A model generated the notes under the pieces. The model saw only the letters and a list, made by a program, of their open reading frames with translations, was not told where the DNA came from and ran no database searches. Below, piece by piece: positions 26,314-34,082 of a stretch of 34,082 bases of DNA. A program made the position numbers and the translations under genes. Each line of letters starts with the position of its first letter. Position 1 is the stretch's first letter. Origin of the DNA: an uncultured Muribaculaceae bacterium (lineage in GTDB: Bacteria; Bacillota_I; Bacilli_A; RF39; UBA660); assembly GCA_964410275.1 (NCBI GenBank), contig CAYPGI010000001.1, positions 1 to 34,082 on the forward strand, read 5' to 3'.

Positions 26314-27435
26314 TTAATATGTTCTTATTGGTAAAATTAGTTGAATTATATCATCACTTTCGATGTTTTTTACAATTATAGGTTTGATTTCTCCATTAAA
26401 CATCAGATATACTTCTTCACATTCTAATGATTTTAATGCATCTATCATGTATTTTGAACTAAATGATATTTTTATTTCTTCTTTATTGTCTTTATGACAC
26501 AATATTTTTTCTTCTACATTACCAATTTCTGGAATATTAGATGATATCACTAATAAATCATTTTTACTTTCTAATTTAATAGTATTCTTATCACTTTCAC
26601 TTGTTAACAATGAAGCTCTATCTATAGCTTCATAAAAATCTGTTAATTTAACTTTTATTTTTAATAAAAAATCTGTTGGTATAAGTGATTTAGTATCTGG
26701 ATAAGTTCCATTGATTATTCTTGACATAATTGTAATCGTATTAAATTTAAAAACTACTTTGTTTGAAAAAATATGTAATTCAATGTTATCATCTTCATCA
26801 TTAAATAATTTAGTAATTTCCATTAAATTTTTTGATGGAATTATTATATTTATTTTTTCATCTATTTTTTCTTTTAAAGTTACTATTTTTTTAGCTAATC
26901 TATATGAATCCGTAGCTGTACATTCTAATTTATTATCTAATATATTAAAATTGATTCCTGTTAAAACAGGACGAGATTCTTGATTTGAAGTAGCAAATAT
27001 AGTTTGATTAACTATATTTTTAAATACTTTTTTATTAATAATGATTGGATTCTTATTATCTTCTAATTCTAATTGTGGAAATTCTTTAGCATTATTACAA
27101 TTCAAATTAAAAGACGAATTTGATGTATATATATTTACTTTAGAATCTATTAGTTCTTCTATATTTATTACTTCATTAGGTAATTTTCTGATAATATCAT
27201 ATATATATCTACCTGATAATACTAAATCTCCTTGTTCATCAATATTTTCAATTTCACTCTTATCTATAAAGGTTTTTATAGCAATCTCATTATCAGTACT
27301 AAGTAAATATAAACCTTCTTTCGTTAATTCAAATTTGATACAATTTAAAATAGGGATTAAATTTTTACTAGAGACTCCTTTTATTACATAATTTAAATGT
27401 TCCATTAAAATATTTTTTTTGATAGCTATTTTCAT
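26314..27435 (-). CDS. dnaN: DNA polymerase III subunit beta (sliding clamp)
   Basis: The 373-aa ORF has the three-domain clamp pattern (MKIAIKKNILMEHLNYV..., ...QESRPVLTGINF..., ...LILPIRTY). It lies immediately downstream of dnaA. Confidence 0.95.
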   Translation of the reverse strand: MKIAIKKNILMEHLNYVIKGVSSKNLIPILNCIKFELTKEGLYLLSTDNEIAIKTFIDKSEIENIDEQGDLVLSGRYIYDIIRKLPNEVINIEELIDSKVNIYTSNSSFNLNCNNAKEFPQLELEDNKNPIIINKKVFKNIVNQTIFATSNQESRPVLTGINFNILDNKLECTATDSYRLAKKIVTLKEKIDEKINIIIPSKNLMEITKLFNDEDDNIELHIFSNKVVFKFNTITIMSRIINGTYPDTKSLIPTDFLLKIKVKLTDFYEAIDRASLLTSESDKNTIKLESKNDLLVISSNIPEIGNVEEKILCHKDNKEEIKISFSSKYMIDALKSLECEEVYLMFNGEIKPIIVKNIESDDIIQLILPIRTY

Positions 27436-27460
27436 AATCTTCTCCTTCTTCTTTTTATTA

Positions 27461-27506
27461 TTTTTTATATATATATTATTATTATTGTTGTGGATATTGT
27501 GGAAAA
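27461..27506. other. oriC part 2 (dnaA-dnaN spacer): AT-rich candidate unwinding element, (ATT)4 repeat and two tandem DnaA boxes
   Basis: TTTTTTATATATAT (27461-27474) is followed by ATTATTATTATT (27475-27486). Next come TGTGGATAT (27489-27497, = ATATCCACA) and TGTGGAAAA (27498-27506, = TTTTCCACA), head to tail. A weaker TTTTCCACT lies at 27557-27565. Confidence 0.6.
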
Positions 27507-27563
27507 GTGTTTTGAGTCTTAAATATAAACAAAACTAGAAGTTTTAATAATAAAAGTTTTCCA

Positions 27564-28916
27564 CTATTTTATTTTTTGAACTATTTTTTCAATAGCATCA
27601 GCAAGTTTTACATCCTTTTTAATTTCATTAGTAATTTTTTCTACTGAATGCATAACAGTAGTATGGTCTTTTCCACCAAATTCACTACCTATTCTAGCTA
27701 ATGGTTCTTCTAAATAAATTCTACATATATACATAGCAATTTGTCTAGGTACACCTATATTAGCATTTCTCTTTTTACTTTTTAAATCTTCAATAGAAAC
27801 ATTATAATGATTAGCAATTAATTGTTGAACCTGATCTATTTTATTTTTTGAAATAATACTTTTCACAAAATAATCTTTTAAGGCCTCGATTGCCAAATTT
27901 AATGTTATGTTAGAACCATTCATAATAGTTGCATAAGCATAAACTCTATTAATAGCTCCTTCTAATTTTCTAATATCACTAGTGCAATTACTAGCAATAT
28001 ATTCTTTTACATCTTGTGGAAAACCAAAAGTCATTTCATAAGATTTTATTTTATTATCGATTATATTCATTCGTAAATCAAAGTCTGGAGGTAATATATC
28101 AACAGTAAGCCCCCAATTAAATCTAGTTCTAAGATTATCTTCAAGTTTTCTTAAATCATCAGGAGACCTATCAGAAGCAATAATAATTTGTTTTTTATTA
28201 TTGTGTAAATCATTAAAAGTATTAAAAAATTCTTGTTGAGAAGTTGGCGCAATTTCTAGATATTGAATATCATCAATTATTAAAACATCTAAATCACGAT
28301 ACTTCTTTTTAAATTTATCCACTAAATCAAAATTATTTTTTGATACTTTATGTTTATATATTTCAACAAAATCATTAACAAAATCATCACTTGTTATATA
28401 TAATACTTTTTTATTACTATTTTCTACAATATAATTACCTATTGCATGCATCAAATGTGTTTTACCTAAACCACTACTACCATATATAAATAAAGGATTA
28501 TATATTTGTCCTGGCTTTTCAGCTATAGCTAAAGCATTATATTTCGCAAATTTATTGCTTTCCCCTACTATAAAATTATCAAAAGTATGTTTTGGATCTA
28601 AGTTGGATTCAAATTCATCAGCAGGTACTCCTATATTATCAATATCAATTATAATGTTCTGCTCCAACTCTTCTTCTGTAATATATTCAATTTTGAAGTT
28701 AGAACCTGTAATCTCATTAAAAATAGTTTCTATTATTTCATTATAATTAGTTTTTAAATGTTTTTTATGAATCGGCATAGGAACTAATATCTTAGCATAA
28801 TCATCATTCAATTCAATTAATTTTGTATCAGCAAACCATGCATCATAAAGTAATGGTTGTTTTAATTCGTCTTTAATTTTATTTAAAAAAGATTTCCATA
28901 TTGCTTCAATATTCAT
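27564..28916 (-). CDS. dnaA: chromosomal replication initiator protein DnaA
   Basis: 450-aa ORF with Walker A GSSGLGKTHL, Walker B LIIDDIQ, sensor motifs and the C-terminal DNA-binding helix region (GGKDHTTVMHS). Confidence 0.97.
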   Translation of the reverse strand: MNIEAIWKSFLNKIKDELKQPLLYDAWFADTKLIELNDDYAKILVPMPIHKKHLKTNYNEIIETIFNEITGSNFKIEYITEEELEQNIIIDIDNIGVPADEFESNLDPKHTFDNFIVGESNKFAKYNALAIAEKPGQIYNPLFIYGSSGLGKTHLMHAIGNYIVENSNKKVLYITSDDFVNDFVEIYKHKVSKNNFDLVDKFKKKYRDLDVLIIDDIQYLEIAPTSQQEFFNTFNDLHNNKKQIIIASDRSPDDLRKLEDNLRTRFNWGLTVDILPPDFDLRMNIIDNKIKSYEMTFGFPQDVKEYIASNCTSDIRKLEGAINRVYAYATIMNGSNITLNLAIEALKDYFVKSIISKNKIDQVQQLIANHYNVSIEDLKSKKRNANIGVPRQIAMYICRIYLEEPLARIGSEFGGKDHTTVMHSVEKITNEIKKDVKLADAIEKIVQKIK

Positions 28917-28960
28917 AAAATCACCTCTTTTAATAACTTAATTTCATTTTACCTTATCTT

Positions 28961-29134
28961 TGTGGAAAAAACAATGAAAAATATTGAATTATATAAATAA
29001 AATATAGTTTTCAACAAAATTGTGTAAAAAAAGTTATCCACTATTAAAAGTTAAAAACTTTTCCACAATTATGTGTAAAAGTGGCAGGAGGTAAACAAAA
29101 ATAATTAATATAATATATATATAAATGTGGAAAA
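28961..29134. other. oriC part 1: DnaA-box cluster between dnaA and rpmH
   Basis: There are three TTTTCCACA-type boxes: 28961-28969 (minus strand), 29059-29067 (plus) and 29126-29134 (minus). TTATCCACT lies at 29034-29042 (plus). TTTTACACA-type boxes lie at 29021-29029 and 29072-29080 (both minus). An AT-only stretch at 29101-29125 sits between boxes. Confidence 0.75.
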
Positions 29135-29154
29135 CTATTTATAGAAGAAATTGT

Positions 29155-29183
29155 TTGACAAAAAGGCAATTTCTATATATAAT
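29155..29183 (+). promoter_or_regulatory. consensus sigma-A promoter of the rpmH-rnpA operon
   Basis: TTGACA (29155-29160), an exact 17-nt spacer, then TATAAT (29178-29183), about 50 nt upstream of the rpmH ATG. Confidence 0.75.
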
Positions 29184-29232
29184 GAATTAGCGACAAGAAT
29201 TATAATTTAAAATATTCAGGAGGTGTATATAT

Positions 29233-29355
29233 ATGAAGAGAACATTTCAACCAAACAAAAGAAAAAGAAGCAAAAAGATGGGTTTCCTTGCTCGTGTAAA
29301 AACAGCTATTATTAAAAAAAGAAGAAAAAAAGGACGTAAAGTATTGTCACATTAA
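29233..29355 (+). CDS. rpmH: 50S ribosomal protein L34 (40 aa; below the ORF-track size cut-off)
   Basis: The ATG at 29233 is preceded by AGGAGGTG. The translation is [40 protein letters not shown], with the canonical L34 N-terminus MKRTFQP and C-terminus KGRKVLS. It holds the universal position upstream of rnpA. Confidence 0.93.
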   Translation: MKRTFQPNKRKRSKKMGFLARVKTAIIKKRRKKGRKVLSH

Positions 29356-29359
29356 AATT

Positions 29360-29385
29360 ACCACTGTTTTTTTCAGTGGTTTTTT
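29360..29385 (+). terminator. hairpin plus T-run between rpmH and rnpA (partial terminator or attenuator)
   Basis: ACCACTG (29360-29366), a T7 loop, CAGTGGT (29374-29380), then TTTTT. Confidence 0.55.
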
Positions 29386-29403
29386 ACTTAAATGAGGTGG
29401 TTT

Positions 29404-29742
29404 ATGAAAAAAGTTAATATTTTGAAAAAAAATAGTGAATTTCAAAGAATAATAAAAACAGTAAAACCATATAAATATAAAAGTTATATGGTATATGTTG
29501 AAAGAATAAAAGAAGAAAACTATTTTTTTGGTATATCAGTAGGAACTAAAATTGGAAACGCTGTTACTAGAAATAAAATAAAAAGACAAATTAAAAATAT
29601 TCTTGATCAAAAAAACTACCAAAAAGGTTTTAATTGTATTATAATAGTAAAGAAAGAAGTAATATCACAGACATTTTTAGAAATGAAAGAAGAATTATTT
29701 GAAATACTTTCAAAAATAAACATATTGAAGGAGAATAATTAA
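29404..29742 (+). CDS. rnpA: ribonuclease P protein component
   Basis: The ORF contains the RNR motif GNAVTRNKIKRQIK. The preferred start is the ATG at 29404 (MKKVNILKK...), with GAGGTGG upstream. The track ATG at 29392 overlaps that SD. Confidence 0.9.
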   Translation: MKKVNILKKNSEFQRIIKTVKPYKYKSYMVYVERIKEENYFFGISVGTKIGNAVTRNKIKRQIKNILDQKNYQKGFNCIIIVKKEVISQTFLEMKEELFEILSKINILKENN

Positions 29743-29744
29743 TT

Positions 29745-30680
29745 ATGAAGAAAGTACTAATTGTTATAACATTAATGATAGTAGCATTGACTATGAGTGG
29801 ATGTACTAAAATGTTAAAGAACGAAGACGGAAAACCAGTAATAAATAAAGAAACAGGACAAAGTTTAACTGAAAATATTCTTTGTAGACCAGAAGATCAA
29901 TCAACAATAGATATATATAATAAAAATAATATAAATATTGATAATTTACAGGAATGTAAAAATTTTAAAATAACTACAGGTGGTTATGAAGGTATATGGA
30001 CAACAATCTTTGTTAAACCATTAGTATGGGCAATAATCAAAATAGGATCAATTGTTAAAAGTTATGGGTTATCAATAATAATAATAACAGTATTAATAAG
30101 GTTATTATTAATGCCTATAACAAAAAAGACAGCTATGCAATCAGAAAATATGAAAAAAGTGAAACCAGAACTTGATAAATTAGAAAAAAAATATCAAGGA
30201 CGTAAAGATAATGAGAGTTCTATGCAAAAGAGTCAAGAAATGTTAGCTCTATATAAAAAATATAATATTAGCCCGTTATCTGGTTGTTTATTTTCATTTA
30301 TTCAAATCCCTTTATTCTTAGCCTTTTTTGAAGCAATGAATAGATTGCCAGTTATATTTGAAGAAAAATTTTTAACTTTACAATTAGGAACAAGTCCGAT
30401 GACAGCATTTAGTAATAATCAATATCAATATTTAATAATAATAATATTAGTATTTGCTACAACGTATTTTTCATTTAAATTAAACAGTGGGGCAACAATG
30501 AGTCCTGAACAAGCTAATCAAATGAAATTTATGATGAAATTTTTATTAGCATTTATTCTATTTATATCATTTTCCATTTCAGCAGGAATTGCGTTATATT
30601 GGATAGTAAATAGCGGATTTACTATTTTACAAAATATACTGGTAAAAAGGAGTAAGAAAAATGAGATTATTAAAGTATGA
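29745..30680 (+). CDS. yidC: membrane protein insertase YidC/SpoIIIJ (lipoprotein type)
   Basis: The 311-aa ORF has the signal peptide and lipobox MKKVLIVITLMIVALTMSGC. It carries the conserved 60-kDa IMP core (LLLMPITKK..., YKKYNISPLSGCL..., IALYWIVNS). Confidence 0.92.
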   Translation: MKKVLIVITLMIVALTMSGCTKMLKNEDGKPVINKETGQSLTENILCRPEDQSTIDIYNKNNINIDNLQECKNFKITTGGYEGIWTTIFVKPLVWAIIKIGSIVKSYGLSIIIITVLIRLLLMPITKKTAMQSENMKKVKPELDKLEKKYQGRKDNESSMQKSQEMLALYKKYNISPLSGCLFSFIQIPLFLAFFEAMNRLPVIFEEKFLTLQLGTSPMTAFSNNQYQYLIIIILVFATTYFSFKLNSGATMSPEQANQMKFMMKFLLAFILFISFSISAGIALYWIVNSGFTILQNILVKRSKKNEIIKV

Positions 30681-31272
30681 AGGAAAAACTAAAGAAGAAG
30701 CAATCAGTAAATGCCTAACTGCCGAAAATAAAAAAGAAGAGGATTTCTATATAAAAGAAAGTCAAGTAGATGGGGGCCTTTTTAAAGGAAAAAAAATAAT
30801 TATAGAAGCACTTTTAAAAGAAGAAGTAATAAATTATATTAAAAGTTTTATTTCTGATTTAAGTAATTTAATGGGAATAACCATAAATAGTGAAGTTAGA
30901 GAAAACGAAAATATAATAAAAGTGCTATTAGTTACTGATAATAATGCTATTATAATAGGAAAAGATGGACGTACTTTAGAAGCTATTCAATTATTAATAA
31001 GACAATCAATAAATAGTAAAACAGGAATGAATATTAAAATTAATGTAGATTCTTCTAATTACAAAAAAAACAAAGAAAAGAATTTTGAATACGAAATAGT
31101 AAAAATAGCGAGACAAGTAGAAAAAACTAAAATAGAAGCAAAACTTGATCCAATGAATTCATATAAAAGAAGAATAGTACACACAATCGTGTCTGAATTT
31201 AAAAATTTAGAAAGTACTAGTGTTGGAGAAGTTCCAGAACGTTATGTAATAATAAAATATAAGGAAGACTAA
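30661..31272 (+). CDS. jag: Jag/KhpB RNA-binding protein (Jag_N, KH and R3H domains)
   Basis: The 203-aa ORF has the N-terminal GKTKEEAISKCL, the KH-like IIGKDGRTLEAIQLL and the R3H region RRIVHTIV. Its start overlaps the yidC 3' end by 20 nt. Confidence 0.88.
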   Translation: MRLLKYEGKTKEEAISKCLTAENKKEEDFYIKESQVDGGLFKGKKIIIEALLKEEVINYIKSFISDLSNLMGITINSEVRENENIIKVLLVTDNNAIIIGKDGRTLEAIQLLIRQSINSKTGMNIKINVDSSNYKKNKEKNFEYEIVKIARQVEKTKIEAKLDPMNSYKRRIVHTIVSEFKNLESTSVGEVPERYVIIKYKED

Positions 31273-31286
31273 CAAAGTCTTTTTTA
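31265..31286 (+). terminator. intrinsic terminator after jag
   Basis: AAGACT (31265-31270), loop AACAA, AGTCTT (31276-31281), then a T-run. The stem overlaps the jag stop codon. Confidence 0.5.
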
Positions 31287-31334
31287 TTGACTATAAATAT
31301 CATATAATGTAAAATATCTCTCGAGGGAAGAAAT

Positions 31335-31856
31335 ATGAATGAAGAAAAAGTAATAGAAAAATTATTAGATAAAGTTGATGAAAATTATTTTTTTATTGTT
31401 AAAGAAATTTTAAATCATGAAGAATTTATAAAAAGAAAAACATATTGTCATCATGAAGATAGATCGGTATATACTCATTCATTAAGTGTCTCAATAAAAT
31501 CATATAAAATAGCAAAGTTTTTAAGATTGGATAAAAATAGAATTGCTATAGGCGCATTACTACATGATTTTTATTACGAAGATTGGCAAAAGAATAAATC
31601 AAAGAAACCTTTTTTGAAGCAACATGGTTTTATTCATCCAAAAGAAGCGTTAGAAAATTCAAAGAAATATTTTCCAACAATGATAGATAAAAAAACTAGT
31701 AATATAATTGTAAGACATATGTTTCCGTTAACATTAATACCACCTTTTTATATTGAAAGTTGGATAGTTACCATTATCGACAAATATGTTTCTTTAGAAA
31801 TATTTAGAGAGCCAAAACAATTACCAAAATATATAGGAATCAGAAAAAAAGATTAG
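31335..31856 (+). CDS. HD-domain metal-dependent phosphohydrolase (unknown substrate)
   Basis: 173-aa ORF containing H...HS...LLHDFYY (the HD dyad), downstream His residues (QHGFIHP, VRHMFPL) and IIDKYVS. SD GAGGGAAG lies upstream. TTGACT-17-TAAAAT at about 31288-31316 is a plausible own promoter. Confidence 0.75.
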   Translation: MNEEKVIEKLLDKVDENYFFIVKEILNHEEFIKRKTYCHHEDRSVYTHSLSVSIKSYKIAKFLRLDKNRIAIGALLHDFYYEDWQKNKSKKPFLKQHGFIHPKEALENSKKYFPTMIDKKTSNIIVRHMFPLTLIPPFYIESWIVTIIDKYVSLEIFREPKQLPKYIGIRKKD

Positions 31857-31866
31857 GAGGTGTCTT

Positions 31867-33222
31867 ATGGAAGATACAATTGCAGTTATTTCTACGGCAT
31901 TAGGGATTGGAGCTATTTCTATTATAAGAATTAGTGGAAATGATGCTATAAGCATTGTAAATAAAGTAAGTAAAAGTAAAAACTTATTAGAAGTTCCGTC
32001 ACATACTATTCATTATGATCACATATTAGATGATGGAAAAATAGTAGATGAAGTACTAATTTCTGTAATGAGAGAACCAAAGACATTTACTAGGGAAAAT
32101 GTTGTAGAAATAAATGCTCATGGGGGGATAGCAACTACTAATAAGATTTTAGAAGTTTTACTAAAAAATGGTTGTAGATTAGCAGAACCTGGTGAATTTA
32201 CAAAAAGAGCTTTCTTAAACGGAAGAATTGATTTGACTCAAGCAGAAGGAATAATGGATTTAATAAACGCTAAAACTGAAAAAGCTAGAACTCTTGCTAT
32301 AAATCAAGTGGACGGAAAAGTATCAACATTAATAAAAGAACTTAGACAAGAAATAATAGAAGTTCTAGCAAATATTGAAGTAAATATAGATTATCCCGAA
32401 TATGAAGATATTGAAGAAATGACAATTCAAAAAATAATTGAAAAGACAGAAAAAATAGAATCCAAAATAAAATTAATATTAAAAGAAAGCGAAAATGGAA
32501 AATTAATTAAAGAAGGTATAAAGACATCAATCATAGGTAGGCCAAATGTTGGAAAAAGTAGTTTGTTAAACAAATTAATTGGAGAAGAAAAAGCCATAGT
32601 CACTGAAATAGAAGGAACAACTAGAGATATTGTAGAAGGTACACTTAATATTGATGGAATACTTTTAAATATAATAGATACTGCTGGAATCAGAAAAACA
32701 GAAGATATAGTTGAAAGTATTGGAGTAAAAAAGAGTTTAGAATTGATAGAAAAGTCAGACTTAATATTATATGTATTAAATAATAATGATTTTATTAATA
32801 ATGAAGATATAGAATTATTATCTAAACTTATAAATAAAAACTATATCGTAATTATTAATAAAATGGATTTAGATAATAAATTAGATATTAGTAACCTTGA
32901 TTTAAAATATATTGTTAGAACAAGTGCTATAAATGATAAAGGTATTGAAAAATTAAAACAAATTATTAAAGAGATATTCAATCTTGAACAAATTGAAAAA
33001 GAAGATTTAAATTATTTAAGTAATGCCAGAAGTATTGCTATTTTAAATAAAGCATTAACTAGCATTAAGGAAATAAGAAATGGTATAAATAATAATATGC
33101 CAATAGATATGATTGAAATAAATATTAAGGAAGTTTGGAATTTATTAGGTGAAATAATAGGAGAAACTTATCAAGAAGAACTAATTGATCAATTATTTAG
33201 TCAATTTTGTTTAGGAAAATAA
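31867..33222 (+). CDS. mnmE: tRNA modification GTPase MnmE
   Basis: 451-aa ORF with the G-domain motifs GRPNVGKSSLLN, DTAG and NKMD, and the C-terminal CLGK tetrapeptide typical of MnmE/TrmE. Confidence 0.95.
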   Translation: MEDTIAVISTALGIGAISIIRISGNDAISIVNKVSKSKNLLEVPSHTIHYDHILDDGKIVDEVLISVMREPKTFTRENVVEINAHGGIATTNKILEVLLKNGCRLAEPGEFTKRAFLNGRIDLTQAEGIMDLINAKTEKARTLAINQVDGKVSTLIKELRQEIIEVLANIEVNIDYPEYEDIEEMTIQKIIEKTEKIESKIKLILKESENGKLIKEGIKTSIIGRPNVGKSSLLNKLIGEEKAIVTEIEGTTRDIVEGTLNIDGILLNIIDTAGIRKTEDIVESIGVKKSLELIEKSDLILYVLNNNDFINNEDIELLSKLINKNYIVIINKMDLDNKLDISNLDLKYIVRTSAINDKGIEKLKQIIKEIFNLEQIEKEDLNYLSNARSIAILNKALTSIKEIRNGINNNMPIDMIEINIKEVWNLLGEIIGETYQEELIDQLFSQFCLGK

Positions 33223-33238
33223 GAAAGAGGTGAGATAG

Positions 33239-34082
33239 ATGGAATACGAGATTATAGTAGTAGGTGGTGGACATGCTGGATGTGAAGCTGCATTAGCTTC
33301 AGCCCGTAAAGGACATAGAACACTTTTAGTTACTGGAAATATAAAAAATATAGCAGATATGCCTTGTAATCCATCTATTGGTGGTAGTGCTAAAGGCATA
33401 GTTGTCCGCGAGATTGATGCATTAGGTGGCGAAATGGGGAAAATAGCTGACAAGGCTTTAATTCAAATAAAAATGCTAAATAGTGCTAAAGGACCTGCTG
33501 TTCAAGCATTACGTGCTCAAGCTGATAAGATTACTTATCCAAAAGAAATGCTAAAAGTTTTACAAAATCAAAAAAATTTAGAAATATTAGAATCATTAGT
33601 AGAAAATTTAGTAATTGATAATGATGAAATTAAAGGTATTATTTTAGAAGACGATACTATAATTAATAGTAAAATTGTTATATTAACAACAGGAACATAT
33701 TTAAAATCATCAATTATGGTAGGAGATACAAGACGTAATGAGGGACCTCATGGTGAAAAACCTAGTTTACATCTAAGTAATAATTTAAGAAAAATAGGAT
33801 TTGATATCGTCAGATTAAAAACAGGAACACCACAAAGAATAGATAAAAAAAGTATCGATTTTAGTAAGGCTAAAATTGAACATGGGGATAGTAATTATCA
33901 TACTTTTAGTTTTTACGAAAAACCAAAATATAAAATTGAAGATCAAGAGCCATGTTATTTAATATATACGACACCACTGACTCATCAACTTATAAAAGAT
34001 AATTTAAACAAATCAAGTATGTACGGAGGATTAGATGATATTGAAGGAGTAGGTCCTAGATATTGTCCTTCAATAGAAGATA
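33239..34082 (+). CDS. mnmG: tRNA uridine 5-carboxymethylaminomethyl modification enzyme MnmG (GidA), N-terminal part; runs off the right edge
   Basis: Absent from the ORF track because it is open at the window edge. The ATG at 33239 is preceded by AAAGAGGTG. The translation is MEYEIIVVGGGHAGCEAALASARKGHRTLLVTGNIKNIADMPCNPSIGGSAKGIVVREIDALGGEMG..., the FAD-binding GXGXXG and GidA signature. Confidence 0.93.
   Translation, partial: MEYEIIVVGGGHAGCEAALASARKGHRTLLVTGNIKNIADMPCNPSIGGSAKGIVVREIDALGGEMGKIADKALIQIKMLNSAKGPAVQALRAQADKITYPKEMLKVLQNQKNLEILESLVENLVIDNDEIKGIILEDDTIINSKIVILTTGTYLKSSIMVGDTRRNEGPHGEKPSLHLSNNLRKIGFDIVRLKTGTPQRIDKKSIDFSKAKIEHGDSNYHTFSFYEKPKYKIEDQEPCYLIYTTPLTHQLIKDNLNKSSMYGGLDDIEGVGPRYCPSIED

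Noticed and set aside
33211-33453. An 80-aa minus-strand ORF overlapping the mnmE end and the mnmG start.
   Set aside because: It is antisense to the unmistakable MnmG N-terminus (VVGGGHAGCEAALASA...). Its Pro/Ala-rich translation is the mirror of the FAD-binding motif. It has no SD.
1-34082. A possible Mollicutes-type genetic code (UGA = Trp), considered because of the very low GC content and the minimal SRP RNA.
   Set aside because: All conserved genes are full length under the standard code. Trp positions use TGG (for example WPIV in TilS and YWPIMLMA in MetG), and the TGA codons I read lie out of frame (for example the -1 frame stop after the dnaX A-run). No recoding is needed.
1-34082. 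A search for defence systems, toxin-antitoxin pairs, prophage or IS remnants, integrases, tRNA/rRNA genes and large repeats.
   Set aside because: Every ORF over 60 aa on the coding strands is accounted for by a housekeeping family, or by the single lipoprotein, HD-domain and ComK-like genes. I noticed no transposase or integrase-like translation, no tRNA-like cloverleaf sequence, no rRNA and no long direct or inverted repeats. I therefore make no claim of a novel multi-gene system.

Overview
This window is the chromosomal replication-origin region of a very AT-rich, low-GC Firmicute (Bacillota), read with the standard genetic code. The dnaA-upstream DnaA-box cluster lies at about 28.9-29.2 kb, and a second box pair with an AT-rich stretch sits between dnaA and dnaN. 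Every gene diverges from this point. On the minus strand, leftwards: dnaA, dnaN, a comK-like gene, recF, gyrB, gyrA, a four-site parS array, a short SRP RNA, tadA, dnaX, ybaB, recR, bofA-like, holB, yaaT/ricT, a yabB-like methyltransferase, rsmI, pth, mfd, spoVT, a Met T-box leader, dut, metG, a small unannotated ORF, tatD, a yabE-like 3D-domain gene, a lipoprotein gene, rsmA, ung, tilS and ftsH (partial). On the plus strand, rightwards: rpmH (missed by the ORF track), rnpA, yidC, jag, an HD-domain gene, mnmE and mnmG (partial). The content is almost entirely housekeeping. I see no mobile element, CRISPR array, toxin-antitoxin pair or recognisable defence system, and no convincing novel multi-gene system. 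The points worth a second look are modest: (1) four parS sites in a 120-bp spacer; (2) a Met-specific T-box whose first downstream gene is dut rather than metG; (3) a truncated ComK homologue between dnaN and recF; (4) the bipartite oriC with an (ATT)4 repeat next to tandem DnaA boxes; (5) an A8 slippery run in dnaX at the expected tau/gamma boundary; (6) a minimal SRP RNA abutting tadA in a genome that also carries spoVT and bofA; and (7) a few unannotated or uncharacterised small genes. All calls come from reading the sequence and translations by eye. No database search was run.
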